Part shown: one piece after another, positions 11,494 through 24,700 of the stretch
How the letters are laid out: the number at the start of each line of letters is the position of its first letter
Numbering within the stretch: position 1 is the stretch's first letter
Origin: Camelus dromedarius
Lineage: Eukaryota
Length of the DNA: 64,000 nucleotides
Assembly (NCBI RefSeq): GCF_036321535.1
Contig: NC_087437.1
Coordinates: forward strand, 100,380,001-100,444,000
Direction of reading: 5' to 3'
Notes under the pieces: generated by a model
What the model was told of the DNA's origin: nothing
Databases searched by the model: none
What the model saw: only the letters and a program-made list of their open reading frames with translations
Translations under genes and position numbers: made by a program

Positions 11494-12719
11494 GGGTAGA
11501 TGATCTCTAATTTCTGTTCTACTCACTTAAGATCCTCAAAGAGAGGTAATGGTAAAAGTGTAGGTCTCAGTGAAGGCAAAGGCAAGCTCAGTTATAGTGA
11601 GTGATTGGGAATATTGGAAAAAATAGGTCAGAAAGTGAAATTTCAGGTTGATGATGAGGTTGGGAGGAAAGGCCCTCTGTTAGGGGTGGCTAATACTACT
11701 TAGAGTTGAATTTCGTGGCTGCACAGAATTTTTTTTTTTTTACTGAATTTCTATTAGGGACACTGTGTAGAGTCTGTTGAATAAGACCACAGCCAAATAG
11801 TTGAGAACACATGGGTTCTAGCCAGTGCCAATCTCAGCACTTACAGACTGGGCCACCAGCTAACGCCGTTGGTTCACTCAGGCCCTGAGCCCAGACTGAC
11901 ACTGACGAAACCATAGAACCTTGTTAGCTGTACATGCCTTTCATGCCTCTCATGCCAGTTACCCTGAGGTCTAGAATGCAGGCTCCTCAGGCATTTCTTA
12001 TTTTCTTCTCCTTCATGCTCTGTGCTTTTTTTTTCTCTGAATCATCTTCTCATGACTTCCCACTGCTGACCTCTCTCACAACCCTCTCTGCTCTCTGGAA
12101 ATCTTTTTCTATTCTCCACAACACCCTCAATCTCTTCTCGGAACTCACTGTGTTCTTGTCCTAATGTAAACTTGGCTTTTCCTTGACATCATCACTGTTC
12201 AGGCAGCTTTCTTTAAAGATGCTAGCCGTTCTTTCTTTCTTTGTATCTCTGGACCAGAAGGTGGTATTCACTTAGACCTTCACTGTAACTTCCAAACCTT
12301 GACTCTCCAATCATATCCAAAAAGTCTTCTTTCTTTGAGTTGTGTGTTGCACAATTCTAACATCCTCTGCGCTGCCTTAACTAATCGGGTCACTTCCATG
12401 ATTACTGAGGACTCTGACAAGTGGTTCCTCATGAAAAAAAATGTGAAATGAAAATTATCTTCTCCCTCTGTCTTTCAGTCCCCCAGAACCCATCTCTGAA
12501 AGCAATGTTTATCACCAATTTTTGTGCATCCTTCCAGAGATATTTTATGCAAATGTAATCGTGTGCAGATATGAATATATGCATATTTATTCATATACAC
12601 AAATACATGCATATTGTATTTAAATTATTGGCTTTTTAGAAATAAACAATGGTAGGATATTACATGCACTGTAATACATGTTCTGAAATCTTTCCCTTTT
12701 TTGCTTAAAATATTTTATT

Positions 12720-15000
12720 TCATTTTTATTATTTTTAATTAAACTACAGTTGGTTTACAATATTATGTTACTTTTGGGTTTACAACATAGTGATTCAATA
12801 TTTTTATAGATTATACTCCATTTAAAGTTATTACAAAGTGATGGCTACATTTCCCTGTACTTTACAGTTATCCTTGTTGCTTATTTATTTTATATATAGT
12901 ACTCATTACTTATGTTGGGACATATTCCCTCTAAACTAGCTTTGATGAGAGTTAGATCATGTAATTTTTATTCTTCCTTTGTTAATGTGGTTTATCACAT
13001 TGATTGATTTGTAGATCTTGAAACATCCTTGCATACCTGGAATAAATCCCATTTGATCATGGTGTATGATCCTTTTAATAGATTCTTGAATTCAATTTGC
13101 TAATATTTTGTTTACAATTTTTGCATCTATATTCATGAGAGATATTGGCCTATAATTTTCTCTTTCAGTAATGTTTTGTCTGGTTTTGGTATCATAGTAA
13201 TGATGGTCTCGTACAATGAATTTGGGAGTGTTCCTGTCTCTTCAGTTTTCTGAAATAGTTTGAGAAGGATAAGTATTAGCTCTTCTTAATAGGTTTGGTA
13301 GAATTTCTCTGTGAAGACACCCAGTCCTGGACTTGTGTTTCCTGGGAGGTTTTTAATTACAAATTCAATTTTACTACTATTGATTATCTGTTTAGATTAT
13401 CTATTTCATGCTAATTCAGTCTTAGAAAGTTGTATATTTCTGGAAATTTCTCCATTTCTTCTAAGTGGTTCAATTTCTTGGCATGCAACTATTCATAGTA
13501 TTCTCTTATGATTTTTTTGTATGTTCATAATATCAGTTGTTACTTCTCTTTCATTTCTTATTTTGTTTATTTTGGTCCTCTCTTTTTTTTTTCTTTTTTT
13601 TAAATTGAGGTATAGTTGATTTACAATGTTGTGTTAGTTTCTGGTGTATAGCATAGTGATTCAGTTATATATATGTATATAAAATGTTAAATTATAGCTT
13701 ATTACAAGCTATTGAACATAATTCTTTCTGATATACAGTAGAACCTTGTTGTTTCTCTCTCTCTCTTTTCTTAATGAACCTGGCTAACAGTTTATCAATT
13801 TTGTTTATCTTTTCAAAGAACCAGCTCTTGGTTTTCTTGATCTTTTCTATTATTTTTTTGGTCTCTATTTTATTTATTTCCTCTTTGATGTTTATTATTC
13901 CTTTCCTTCTGCTGACTTCGGGCTTTGTTTGTTCTTCTTTTTCTAATTTCTTTAGATGGAAGTTTAGGTTGTTTATTTGAAATTTTTCATGTTTCTTGAG
14001 AAAGGCCTGTATCACTGTAAATTCTCCTCTTAGAATTATTTTTGCTGTATCTCATACATTTTGGAAAGTTGTATTTCCATTTTCATGTGTCTTGAGATAT
14101 TTTCTGATTTCCTATTTGAATTCTTCATTGATCCATTGGTTTTTTAGTAGCATATTGCTTAGTCTCCACTGTTTATGCTTTTCCCATTTTTCTTGCTATA
14201 ATTGATTTCTAGTTTCATACTCTTATGATCAGAAAAAATGCTTGATATAATTTCTAGCCTCTTAAATTTATTGACACTTGTTTTGTGGCCTAGCATGTGA
14301 TCTGTCCTGGAGAATGTTCCATGTACACTTGAAAAGAATGTCTATTATACTGCTTTGGAATAGAAGATCCTATAAATATCTATTATTTTTAACTGGCATA
14401 TTGCATCATTTAAGACCACTCTTGCTTCATTGATTTTCTGTCTGGGTGGTCTTTCCATTGATGTAAGTGGGGTGTTAAAATCCTCTAGTATTATTGTATT
14501 CTTGTCAGTTTCTCCCTTTATGTCTGTTAACATTTGCTTTATATGCTAAGATGCTTCTGTGTTGGGTGTGTATATGTTAACCAGTGTGGTATCCTCTTGT
14601 CATATTGATCCCTTTGTCATTATATAATGCCCTTCTTCGTCTTTTGTTATAGACTTTTTTTGGGGGGGTGAGTAATTAGGTTTCTTTATTTTTAGGGGAG
14701 GCCCTGGGGATTGAACCTAGGTCTACCACTTGAGCTGTACCTTCCCTACCTAGATTTTTGCTTTAAAGTGTATTTTGTCTGATATGAGTATTGTTAACCC
14801 TGATTTTTTTTACTGTTTCCATTTGCATGAGATATCTTTTTCTATCCCCTTATTTTCAGTCAGTGTGTGTCTTTAGGTCTGATGTGAGTCTCTTGTAAGC
14901 ATCATGTAGGTAGGTCTGATTTTTAATCCAATTAGCCATCCTGTGTCTTTTGATTGGAGTATTTATTCCATTGACATTTAAAGTAATTATTGATAAGTAC
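12720..15000 (-). mobile_element. L1 ORF2 N-terminal half (endonuclease to early RT), degenerate, joined to an L1 3' terminus
   Basis: Minus strand starts at the ORF2 N-terminus (YLSIITLNVNG-like). ORFs 14345-14533 (EDFNTPLTSM) and 13692-14015 (KTKSWFFEKINKIDK) are ORF2-like. Nested short L1 end at ~13590-13750 and SINE at 14655. Confidence 0.92.
14655..14750 (-). mobile_element. vic-1-like SINE with internal deletion
   Basis: A box joined almost directly to B box (gctcaagtggtaga|cctaggttcaatcccc); TSD-like tagactttt/tagattttt. Confidence 0.8.
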
Positions 15001-15014
15001 TAATAAAGTATTTT

Positions 15015-16490
15015 AAATAATTTTTATCATCAGCACATACAAATTTTCCTTTAAAAAAATCTACTATTGCAAATGAAGCTGTTATAAATAACACTTTACC
15101 TGTGTCACCTTTTATATTTGCAAGTTATCTGTGACATTAGTTCCTAGAAATGAGATTGCTGGGTCAAAATTATCTGCTTTATAAAAGTTGTGGTAGATAT
15201 TGACAAAATTGCTCTCCATAGGCTTTGTGCGGATTTACACACCCATCAGTGATGTTGGAAATAGTCAGTTTCCCGTTATCCTTACCAATACCATAATTTA
15301 TTCATTTTTCACCTTTGCCAATTTGATAATTGAAAATATTTCATTAGAATTTTAATTTGTGCTTCTCCTTCTTTGAGTGAGAATGAGCATTTTTTCAAAT
15401 GTTTAACACTGTATTTCGTTTTCTGTGAATTGTTGGCCATCTCTTTTGTCCATTGTGATATTGTGATTTATAATAAGAAATATATATTTCAGTATTGGTC
15501 CTGTTTTTTGGCACATTGCTAAAACTCTTGGAACTTCATAAGTGATGAGAATGATAAAAAGTATATTTTGTTATATTAATGAGATGACTTTTAGTCCACA
15601 CCTAAGAATGGGAGTTGGTTGCCAGGAGAATCAATTATGTTATTAGAGGGTTGGTACTTTCAATCCTTTTCCCTGACCTCCAGGGAGGGGAGAAGAGCCA
15701 TGTAGAGGTTGAATTAATCATCAATGACCAATTATTTAATCATGCATATGTAATGCAGTGTCCATCAAAATCCAAAAAGAGAGGGTTTCTAGAACTTCAA
15801 GGTTGGTTAAACAGAACTGTTCTATGTGCTACCATGCTGGGCCTCAAACTCCATAAAGACAGGGTTCCTTTGTTCAGGACCTCACCCTATGTATCTCTTC
15901 ACCTGGCTGTTGATTGTATCCTTTAATATCCTTTGTAATAAACTGGTATTCAAGTGAGTAAATGGGGCTTCTGAGTTCTGTGAGCTGCTCTAACAAGTTA
16001 ATCAAACTTAAGGATGGAGTTGTAAGAACCTCTGATTTATAGTCAGGAGGTCAGAAGCACAGGGAACAACTTGAACTTGTGATTGGCATCTGAAGTGGAG
16101 GGCATTCTTGTGGGACTGAAACTTTAATCTGTGGAATCTGATGCTACCTCCAGGTAGATAGTGTCAGAATTGAGTTGCAGTTATAAAAGAACACACATTT
16201 GGTGTCAGAGATTTGCTTGGTAGTATGGGGATCCCCCACCACAGTGTAATTGGGTACAAACTTCCACCTGTTTTCCTTTTGTTTTGTTGCAGGTCTTTAT
16301 ATAATAAGGAAAATAGACCTCTACTGAAATACAAGTTGCAATATATTTTTTCCCAATTTATTAAGTTCATTTTTTGTTTTGGTGTCTGTCATGCAAAATA
16401 ATTGTATTTGCATATGTTTAGTTTATTAATCTCTATAATTTGCATATTTTATATCATACCTATATATTTCCTATTTTGAGATTATCAGAA
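15015..16490 (-). mobile_element. Old L1ME-like host fragment (also ~12430-12715), interrupted by MER21
   Basis: tcctagaaatgagattgctgggtcaaa...ccatcagtg...gagcattttttcaaatgtt antisense ORF2/3' motifs. Confidence 0.65.
15454..16258 (+). mobile_element. MER21-family LTR
   Basis: Starts tgtgatattgtgatttataataagaaatatatattt; contains ctgagttctgtgagctgctcta and ccaggtagatagtgtcagaattgag. Confidence 0.85.
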
Positions 16491-16495
16491 ACTTT

Positions 16496-16875
16496 CTGTA
16501 TAGCATGATGATTTATAGTTAATAATACTGTATTGAATATTTGAAAGTTGTTAAGAAAGTAGATCTTGAAAGTCCTCATCACAAGAAGAAAAAACATTTA
16601 TAACTATATATAGTGACAGACATTAACTAGACTTATTGTGGTGACCATTTTGCAGTATATATAAACATTGAATCATTATGATGTACACTTGAAACTAATG
16701 TAATGTTTTATAGATGATATATAATGTTATATGTCAATTACATCAATTAAATACAAATAGATATAAACTCACAGAAGAAATACCTTAAATATATTTCATT
16801 ATTATAAAACTTTATTAAGGAGCTTCTTAAAATTCCACTTACTGAATTGTCAATAAATGTCAACTAAGAAAAAAA
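16496..16875 (+). mobile_element. 5'-truncated L1 3' end with probable 3' transduction
   Basis: L1MA9-like terminus to ~16755, then ~100 bp non-L1 sequence with AATAAA at 16852-16857, A-tail, and TSD-like aaactttc/aaacttcc. Confidence 0.75.
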
Positions 16876-17238
16876 CTTCCCTTTGTTTCTTACAGTATTT
16901 CAATTTTTATGTGTTTATTTTTATACATAAATCTTTGGCCCACCTAAAATCCTAGTCTTTCTAACTTCTGCTACCATCATGGATCACTTCAGCATTAATG
17001 ATCTTCTCAGCTTCCTACCTACCATGGTCCTTGATCTCCTTTGCTACAACAGCCACCTCCCTTCCACCTTCCATCACCACATCCCAGGGCTTCTCATCAC
17101 CTGTGAGACCCTTCTCCATTTCTGAAAACTTAAAACTCTCAAATCACATGCCTTCATCACAATCTCTTATCCTTCTAAGTCTTTTGCTGTCTTAATTTGA
17201 CTATAAATTCAAAATAATTTCATCAAGAATCTGACCTT

Positions 17239-17715
17239 TGTTGACTGAAATAAAAATGCACAATATAAGAGCTGTGAGTTTCAGTTTTATCTGGGGACTA
17301 ACTGAGACTATACCCTGGAAGATCACCTCTCCGGTAACTCTAAGGAACTTCTCCAAACAGTTAAGAGGGGAGGCCAGCATATATGTGATTTTGGAAAAGG
17401 GGTACATGCAATCAAATACACATCTTGGTAGAAGGCTACTGTTACTCACAAGGAACAGATTATCTCTGTTAATGACTTTAGTGCTTAGGAAAGCACTAAA
17501 GTATGGGAAAATGCAAGAATTGGGGTTCATAAAATTTTCTCCTGAAAATATCTAACTATGAAGTTCTGTTCTCTCAGTTTTCCCAGAGCACAGAGTGCCT
17601 CATTCCTGATCTCTGTCCTGAATTCCTTTCAGAGTATGTTGAAGGTCAGCAACTTCACTGGCTAATGACTTAATTCTTGTAGAACCAGACAGCGAGTGAC
17701 ATTCTTTAGTTGCCA
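17239..17715 (-). mobile_element. Solo ERV1-type LTR
   Basis: TG...CA termini, 477 bp, perfect 4-bp TSD CCTT (17235-17238 and 17716-17719); strand inferred from a degenerate poly-A signal near the left end. Confidence 0.85.
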
Positions 17716-17774
17716 CCTTTAACATCTCTCTTTTTTCTTATATTATCTGCCCCTTCCTAGGCAGGACTACATAC

Positions 17775-17995
17775 TGACTTACTTTCATAAGCCCAATGCA
17801 TTTTTGCCTTCATGGGCCCCCCTCCTCCATAAAAAAAAAAAAATTTACATTTATATTTTACAATTGTACTTACATAAAGATAAATACGTTAATACATACA
17901 AAAACATTTTCTTTGGCCTGAAAGCTGATATTTTCATTTGATTCCAAAAGAAATTAAAATATTTTTGTGGGCCCTAGGCTGTATGTCTAAAGCAC
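17775..17995. mobile_element. hAT-Tip100 (Arthur1/MER69-like) fragment
   Basis: gccttcatgggcccc...cctccataaaaaaa...aaaagaaattaaaat...tttgtgggccctagg. Confidence 0.6.
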
Positions 17996-18331
17996 CAGTT
18001 GTGTACAAACATGATTTTTGAAAATTGTTTCTATCCTTACTGATTTCATCTTTCTGACTTCCCATTCACTGGTCAATCTACTGGATATGGACCCCTACCA
18101 TCGTATTGAAACTATTGTGGTTACTAAAGACTTTGTAACTTGTCTAGTCCAATAGGCACTTTAAAATCTCTATCTCAACCTTTTTAGTAATATTTAGAGA
18201 TATCTGATTACTCTCTTGTTCTTGAGACTATTCATGGGCTTTTATGAGTCCTTCTCTACTGGCTTTCTATGTGACTTCATGGCACTATATAGATGACCAA
18301 GTCTTAGAGAATGAAAGTCAAGAATTGGATA

Positions 18332-18812
18332 GTGTATTAGTTTCCTATGGCTCTGTTATGCCACACATTTGGTGGCTTAAAAGAACAGAAATTTATTCTC
18401 TGTCAGTTCTGGAGGCCAGTACTACTAGGCTGAAATCAAGGTGTAAGCAGAGCTATACTCACTCCAGAGATTCTAAGGAAGAATCGAGTCCTTTCCTCTT
18501 CCATCTTCTGGTGCTACTGGCATTCCTTGGCTTGTGGCTGTAGCACCCCAATCTTTCAAAGCCAGCACCTTCAAATCTCTCTATCTTCACATCATTTTCT
18601 CCTTTGTGTGTGTGTCAAATCTCCCTCTGCCTCCCTCTTGTAAGGACACTTGTGACAGCACTTAAGACTCACATAGGTGATTTAAGACAATCTCCTCATC
18701 TCAAATTCCTTAATTTAATGAGATCAACTTCTTTTCCAGATAAGGTAGCATTTATAGGTTCCAGGGATTAGGGCATGGATTTATTTTGTGTTTCCATGTA
18801 TTAGTCTGTCAC
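18332..18812 (-). mobile_element. MLT1C/D-type MaLR LTR
   Basis: tgtattagtttcctatggct...ggcttaaaagaacagaaatttattctct...ttctggaggccag...ggttccagggattagg. Confidence 0.85.
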
Positions 18813-21089
18813 AGATGGAGAAGAGAACTTACCTAGTAATTCAGAATCTTACAGAAGGTCATAGATAGTTGGCTGAGATGGGTCTCATATCAAAAAACAA
18901 CACAAATTTCAAAAGAACAATAGACATTATTGAAGTTTTTTAAAAGCTGGAAACCACAGTCTCAAAGAAAAAAAAATGCAAATTTCTTGCATGTTTAGGA
19001 CTAGTTGAGGGAAGCAGCTGTGACTGACCCTGGCTGCAAGGGAAGGAATCAGGTGAAAGACAAGAATGTGTGAGTAGCCTTAGACGAGCATCTACCTTGA
19101 CATAACAGCTATGATACACTGAAGACTTGTTAGTATGGAAAGAGGGCGCTATAAATCAATCTGAAATATAATTTGTTTCAAACCAGTAGTAGTAGTACAA
19201 ACCATTAATCATTATCTCTAAGTTTCTGTCCTTGAATAGATTCTATATAGTTAATGCATAATTAATTAATTATGGCTTTATAGAAAGACTACCAAAATTC
19301 CAGACAACAGTGCTTGACTATACACTTATACAAGAACTTTAATTAAATGGAATTAATTAAACTGATGATCTAACGAACATAATGATCTTTAGAAGGACTT
19401 GCAGTCTGACCTCCCCAGCCGGAAAACAGTTGTGCCTGGAGACTCATTTGAGCACTGACCTATCAAGAAAATCACACCTGCTTGTATAACCAAGTAGTTA
19501 TTCAGATATACAGCCTCTTAAATCTAATCTATATAGCATTTTATTCTTCTTTATTTCCTACCTGAAATGGTAAGAACTTAAAAAGCAGTCAGTTGTAATA
19601 ACAGTAAAATCATACTTCAAATTATCATGAATTTGCTTTGAAAAATGGCAAAGAGATTTTTAGTGTGGACCATGATAGACTGAAATTCAAAAAGAATAAA
19701 GGCAAAAAATCACACCATAATTGCTTCTGAAGCAGAGGCTATTGATTTCTTCCCCATCCTCTCATCAAACAGAGAGTGAAGGGAGAAAACTTCAAGTTCA
19801 AAGAGACCCGCTACTCAGGTATTGGGCAGGAGCTTCGAGGGAAAATTTCTGCCTCATTAAAAACATTTAAAGGAAGCAGCTTGTCTTCATGTAGGAATCA
19901 TTATTCTCAGTTAGAGTTCATCCTCTGGAGTTTTCACCTCTTCAGAAGGGCACATTCTGTGCAGTTTCTAAGAAGTGCTTTTTTAATGGGCGGGATTTAT
20001 GTTAAGTTGGTTCAGGAGAGGTAGACAATTGTGGAGCCTTTTTAATGGACTACAAAAGACTGTCGAGTAATTAAATAGATTTCTTTTCCCTTAGACTGTT
20101 CCATGGTTTTAAAAACACTCCACTGAGCATATAAAATCAATTTCCATTACTGGTCTTGACCTTTGCAGTTTTATAAACATGTTTTTTCCCTGGGTTTGGA
20201 ATGTGGTTCAAAGGCAATAGTAGAGGGCTTGAGGATGAGACAGGTCACTGTAATAAACGTTACTGCTTTTACAGAGAAAATCTTTTCACACAGGCATTCA
20301 TTCAACTGTGTATGTTATAAATATAATTATATAAAGGCTTACTTCTCTATGTTTCTATTATATATGTATTTATATTGGAGTCAGGATATTTTTTCCTGTA
20401 CAATTAAAAAAGAAATTGCACTTCTGTTTTCACGCTAGAGGCTTTTTTTTCCCCTTCCCAGACCAGGAAAGTAGCCGAACCACTGTGTTTCTTTGCCCTA
20501 GGGAACTTGGGTTGCTGAAAGCAGATGTTGCCAGAGGCTAGCTTCATTCTCTTTTTTTGGTTGTTTTGGAAGATTAGACTCATTGAGGGAATTATACCCC
20601 ATCAGCCAGAGTGGAAGAAAGAACGGCTTTGGTGGGTGCTGGGGGTGGAGATATAATGAGCTACTGGCAGCACTTCTTTGAGACAAGCAGGAGGAAAGAG
20701 TTTTGGGTGGTTTCTAAAGAAGGTAGCCCACCCAGGTCCCACTTGTTAACTCGCAGTGGGTGGGTTGCTACAGGATGTTAGGGAGGAAGGCCTCTGAGAG
20801 CCATGGTCTCAGGAATGGAGATGATAGAAACTCTTGTTCAAGCTTATCCATGTGGCGTGGATAATGAGCCTATCACTGGGGACCAGTGGGGACCACAAGC
20901 CTTCCTTTGACAGACCCACCCCCGACCTCTGTATCACTTGGAAATGGGAGTGGAGGAGGGTCGTCCAGAAAGGACTGAAATGGAATTTCCTGTCAGTTGA
21001 TTGCTGCTTTGAGGCTCAATTTCATTTAAACAAAATAAAGAAATGTAATATTTCTTATACTCAGCGTTATGATGAAATTTTTCCTGCCT

Positions 21090-21225
21090 TTTCTCTTTTC
21101 CCCATTTCATCTGTAAAATGACAATTATTAAACTCCATTTGCAGAGTTGTTTTAGCACTAAGTTAGGGGACATGTATAAAGTGACTATATTGCATAATGT
21201 ATGTTCAGTAAGTATTCACTAGGCA
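21090..21225. mobile_element. MIR
   Basis: catctgtaaaatgacaattatt...gagttgttt...catgtataaagtg...gttcagtaagtatt. Confidence 0.6.
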
Positions 21226-21725
21226 ATATTTATATATATTCATCCCATTGCAAGAATAGAATCAGGTGCTAGGTTTTCAAAGAAGCACAAGACATACTTC
21301 TAGTTCTCAAAAACTTTGTTATAATTAGAGATGCAGATTAAGTATAAAGAACTATCTAGAAGCACTAGGTTCATATTTCTAAGGAAGAAATACAGGCAGG
21401 TGAAACATGGGAGGGGACAAAGAGAAATTGAATAGAAGAATTTGGAGACAGGAATCGTTACCTAAAACAGAAAACCTATGGGAATCTTAGAAGAGATAGC
21501 AACACTGGTGGGGAGGGGTGAAAGGAATTTGTGCATGATGCTATCGCTTGAAAATTTCTCTGAGACACAAATAGTCATTCATACACTTGGACTGCAGGTT
21601 TGTATTTTGTTCCCTATACCTTTTTTCCCTCCTTTTAAAAAAAAAACAAAGTTATAGTTGCACAAAATTTAAAGAAAAAAAATAACAGGAAGGTGCAAAA
21701 AAATCTTAGTCTTTCTTATTACTCA

Positions 21726-24700
21726 TGTCAGGGAGGGGGAAAGTTTCCCTTCTAACTTTCTTGAGTTCTTTTGAATGGTCTAATAATTAAATTGATAAGA
21801 GATAGATTAACTGGAGAAAAAATTAATTCATACATATGGAAATCTCATAGAAGTAGGAGCCCCAAAGTGACCAAAGCAGGCTTTTTATATATCATTTTTA
21901 CACAGAGGAAACAATTAATAATACAAAGGGGCTTGTACTTGGGGTAGCAAACTAATGAGGAAGTAACAAAGTTTGTCTATACAGCTTTCTTAGCCTTGAA
22001 TTTCCTAATTTTGATGATAAGGATGCTTTCTGTTCTCCTGGTTTAGGGAGAATATCTTTACATGGGAGATTTATTTCCCACTTTCAGGGAGAAAGGGGAG
22101 GTCAGAGTGTTTTTTAATATCTTCTTTTTTTCCCACCGTTTCTCAAGTAACTTTAATTCAAAATAATTAAGAGGAGAGGGTGTAGTTCAAGTGGTGGAGC
22201 ACATGCTTAGCATGCATGAGGTCCTGGGTTCAATCCCCAGTACCTCCATTAAAAAAAATAAATAAAAAATCTACCTACCTCCTCCCCTCCAAAAAAACCC
22301 CCAAAACAAAATAATTAATATGTCACTTGGCATATTTGGAGGTGGCTTGCCCTGAACCCCAACAGTTCTCTCCTCTGAAATGTCCTTGGAAGGTTTACAT
22401 ATTAAAAGCTGAGCTGATGGATTGCCCTATCATTTTATTGAGTCAGTTTCTTAGTCCTGAGAATAAGTCAGTTCAGTTAGAATCATTTCAGGAGGTGGTG
22501 ACGCAGGTGGGCTCCCAAAGTCAGGAATACACTGCACAAGCCATCAGGTATTTAATAAGAGTTGTGTCTATGGAAACAAAAGAAAAACAAAGGTAAATGG
22601 TTGGAGTCAACTGTAAAGCAATTTCTGAGCCCAGGGGCAGCTAGTCAAGATTTCTACATGTCAGGGTTGAAACAACTCTCGCAGTTCGTCATGTCTCTGA
22701 TGATGTTATCAGGTGTTCAGGCAAACTTTGAGTGGCCTTTACAGGAACAGGCATGAAGATTGCTTTAAGATGAGCTATTGTGGTTATTTCTCTAAAGTTT
22801 ATGTCAAGTCATCTAGCTTCAGTTTGCAGGGCTTCAGGAAAAAGAGTAGTCTTAATTCTGAATGACTCCAAGTCAAAAGGATGGGAGAAAATTGGAAAAC
22901 TTAGTTTCAAGAGTTGTAGCTAAATATTAGAGGATACTAAAATAATTGAGAATTCAGTCCAGTTTATAGATAGAAAACAAAATCTCAAAGATAATAGAAC
23001 TAGAATCTGATATCCACAAGTGTGTTTTATAGTTTCTACTGAAACGTATTTTTTCTTTCTAAAATTACTTCCATTTTTACCAAAGGTAGCCAAATTAAGA
23101 CCACTTTGTTTGCAAAATAAGTCTAGATTAAATAAATTTGGCCTAGTTATATAAGTTCAGCAAAAATAGTGATTGATTGTATAGGCTTTTAAAAAATCTG
23201 CTTCACTGAAACTTTTCATAAGGAATCTTTAGACTGAATTTTAATAGTCTCTCAAGGCGAAAAAGCCAAGCCAAATATTTGTCCTCAGACTTCATCTGCA
23301 ATACCTATAGATTTGAATGAATTCCTCTCTTCCTGAGGTTCCCAAAACATCCTGAGTTTCCTGGGCCTGCAAGAAGTGACCTTCCTTACACACCTGGGAA
23401 GGTTGCTGGGAACCCTGTAAGTAAGGTGCCAGGCCGACTACCCGATGGGCTTTATTGGCTCCATGAAGTCAGTCTTAGTTCCTTAAAGTTATGTGGTCAT
23501 ATCTGAGTCTACGCATGTTCTCCGATATCACATTCCAGGTAAAGCCTTGGCAATACAATCAGTGTTTCCAATTGTATTCTGTTATCAGGAGAACAGATTC
23601 TTATAGAAATTATTTTAATAACTATATTGTCATGAAAATAGGAATACTCATATTAGTCTGAATTCTGGAGGAATGAGAGAGAAAAAGATATTCTGCTTAC
23701 AAAGGTTATAATTTACCAGATTGCTCTAAGTCATTGGTGGCTTAAGAGAAAAGAGGTAAACAGTTTTTTTTTAATCTGGAGAACAAAACATTAAAAAAAA
23801 AATCAGTAATGTTTCAAGTAAAAAAAAAAATCACAAAAAATTAAAGTCACCTTCCTCAGTTCATTCAGTCCCATGTAATTAATTCTTGTTTATCTTGATA
23901 TTTTGTTTGAAGTTTTGTCAAGACATTTGATTTTTTCATTAAAATTCTGTAAATTTTTACCCAGTTCAGTGGTATGATTTGATAACTCTCAGAAATTGTA
24001 CTTTAGAATACTTGTTGGATTCCTTTCCATGAATTCCTCTGAAGACAAAACACACTTGCAGGAAGCTTTTCTAAAAGTATCTGAGTAAAATGACAACTGT
24101 TCAAATGATAAAAGAGTTAAAAATTTCCATGCCTAAAGATCTTGATGAGAATCCATGACAATGCAATTAACAAGGAAATTTGGTTATTTCTGAGGCATAC
24201 AACATTCAAGATAATAACTAGACTATGGCTGATAACATTGTATCAGGACATATCCAAATTTTAGAAATTTCATACAATCTCTAGTAACATTTACCCATAC
24301 AATAAAATATTGTATTATATATTGTAAGCCCATACTATATATATTATATATTGTAGCCTAAGAAGGTTTATCATCACTTATTTGACAATGCTTCCCATGT
24401 AATTTAACATTCCAAATAAGCCTAATTAGTTTAATATCTCTTTTATAAGGAAAGAAAACAATTCTTTTTACATGTTCCTGGGGCCCTCTAGAAAATCCAT
24501 TATTTCCAGGAAATTAAGACTTTATTTAGAATTTGATTTGGGGAAGTTTGTCAAAAATATCAATAGGTTTAAAACCACTTGGTCAAATAGAATCATAGGT
24601 CACCGTGAAACAATACTTAGTTATCCATTTAACCAAAATGACAAAGACTTTGAAAGCTAATACAGAAAGTTAAATATTTGTAAAAAGCTTTAGCTCTTTT

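Noticed and set aside
19136..19152. AGAGGGCGCTA CTCF-like motif
   Set aside because: Only the 3' half matches; the 5' CCA core is missing.
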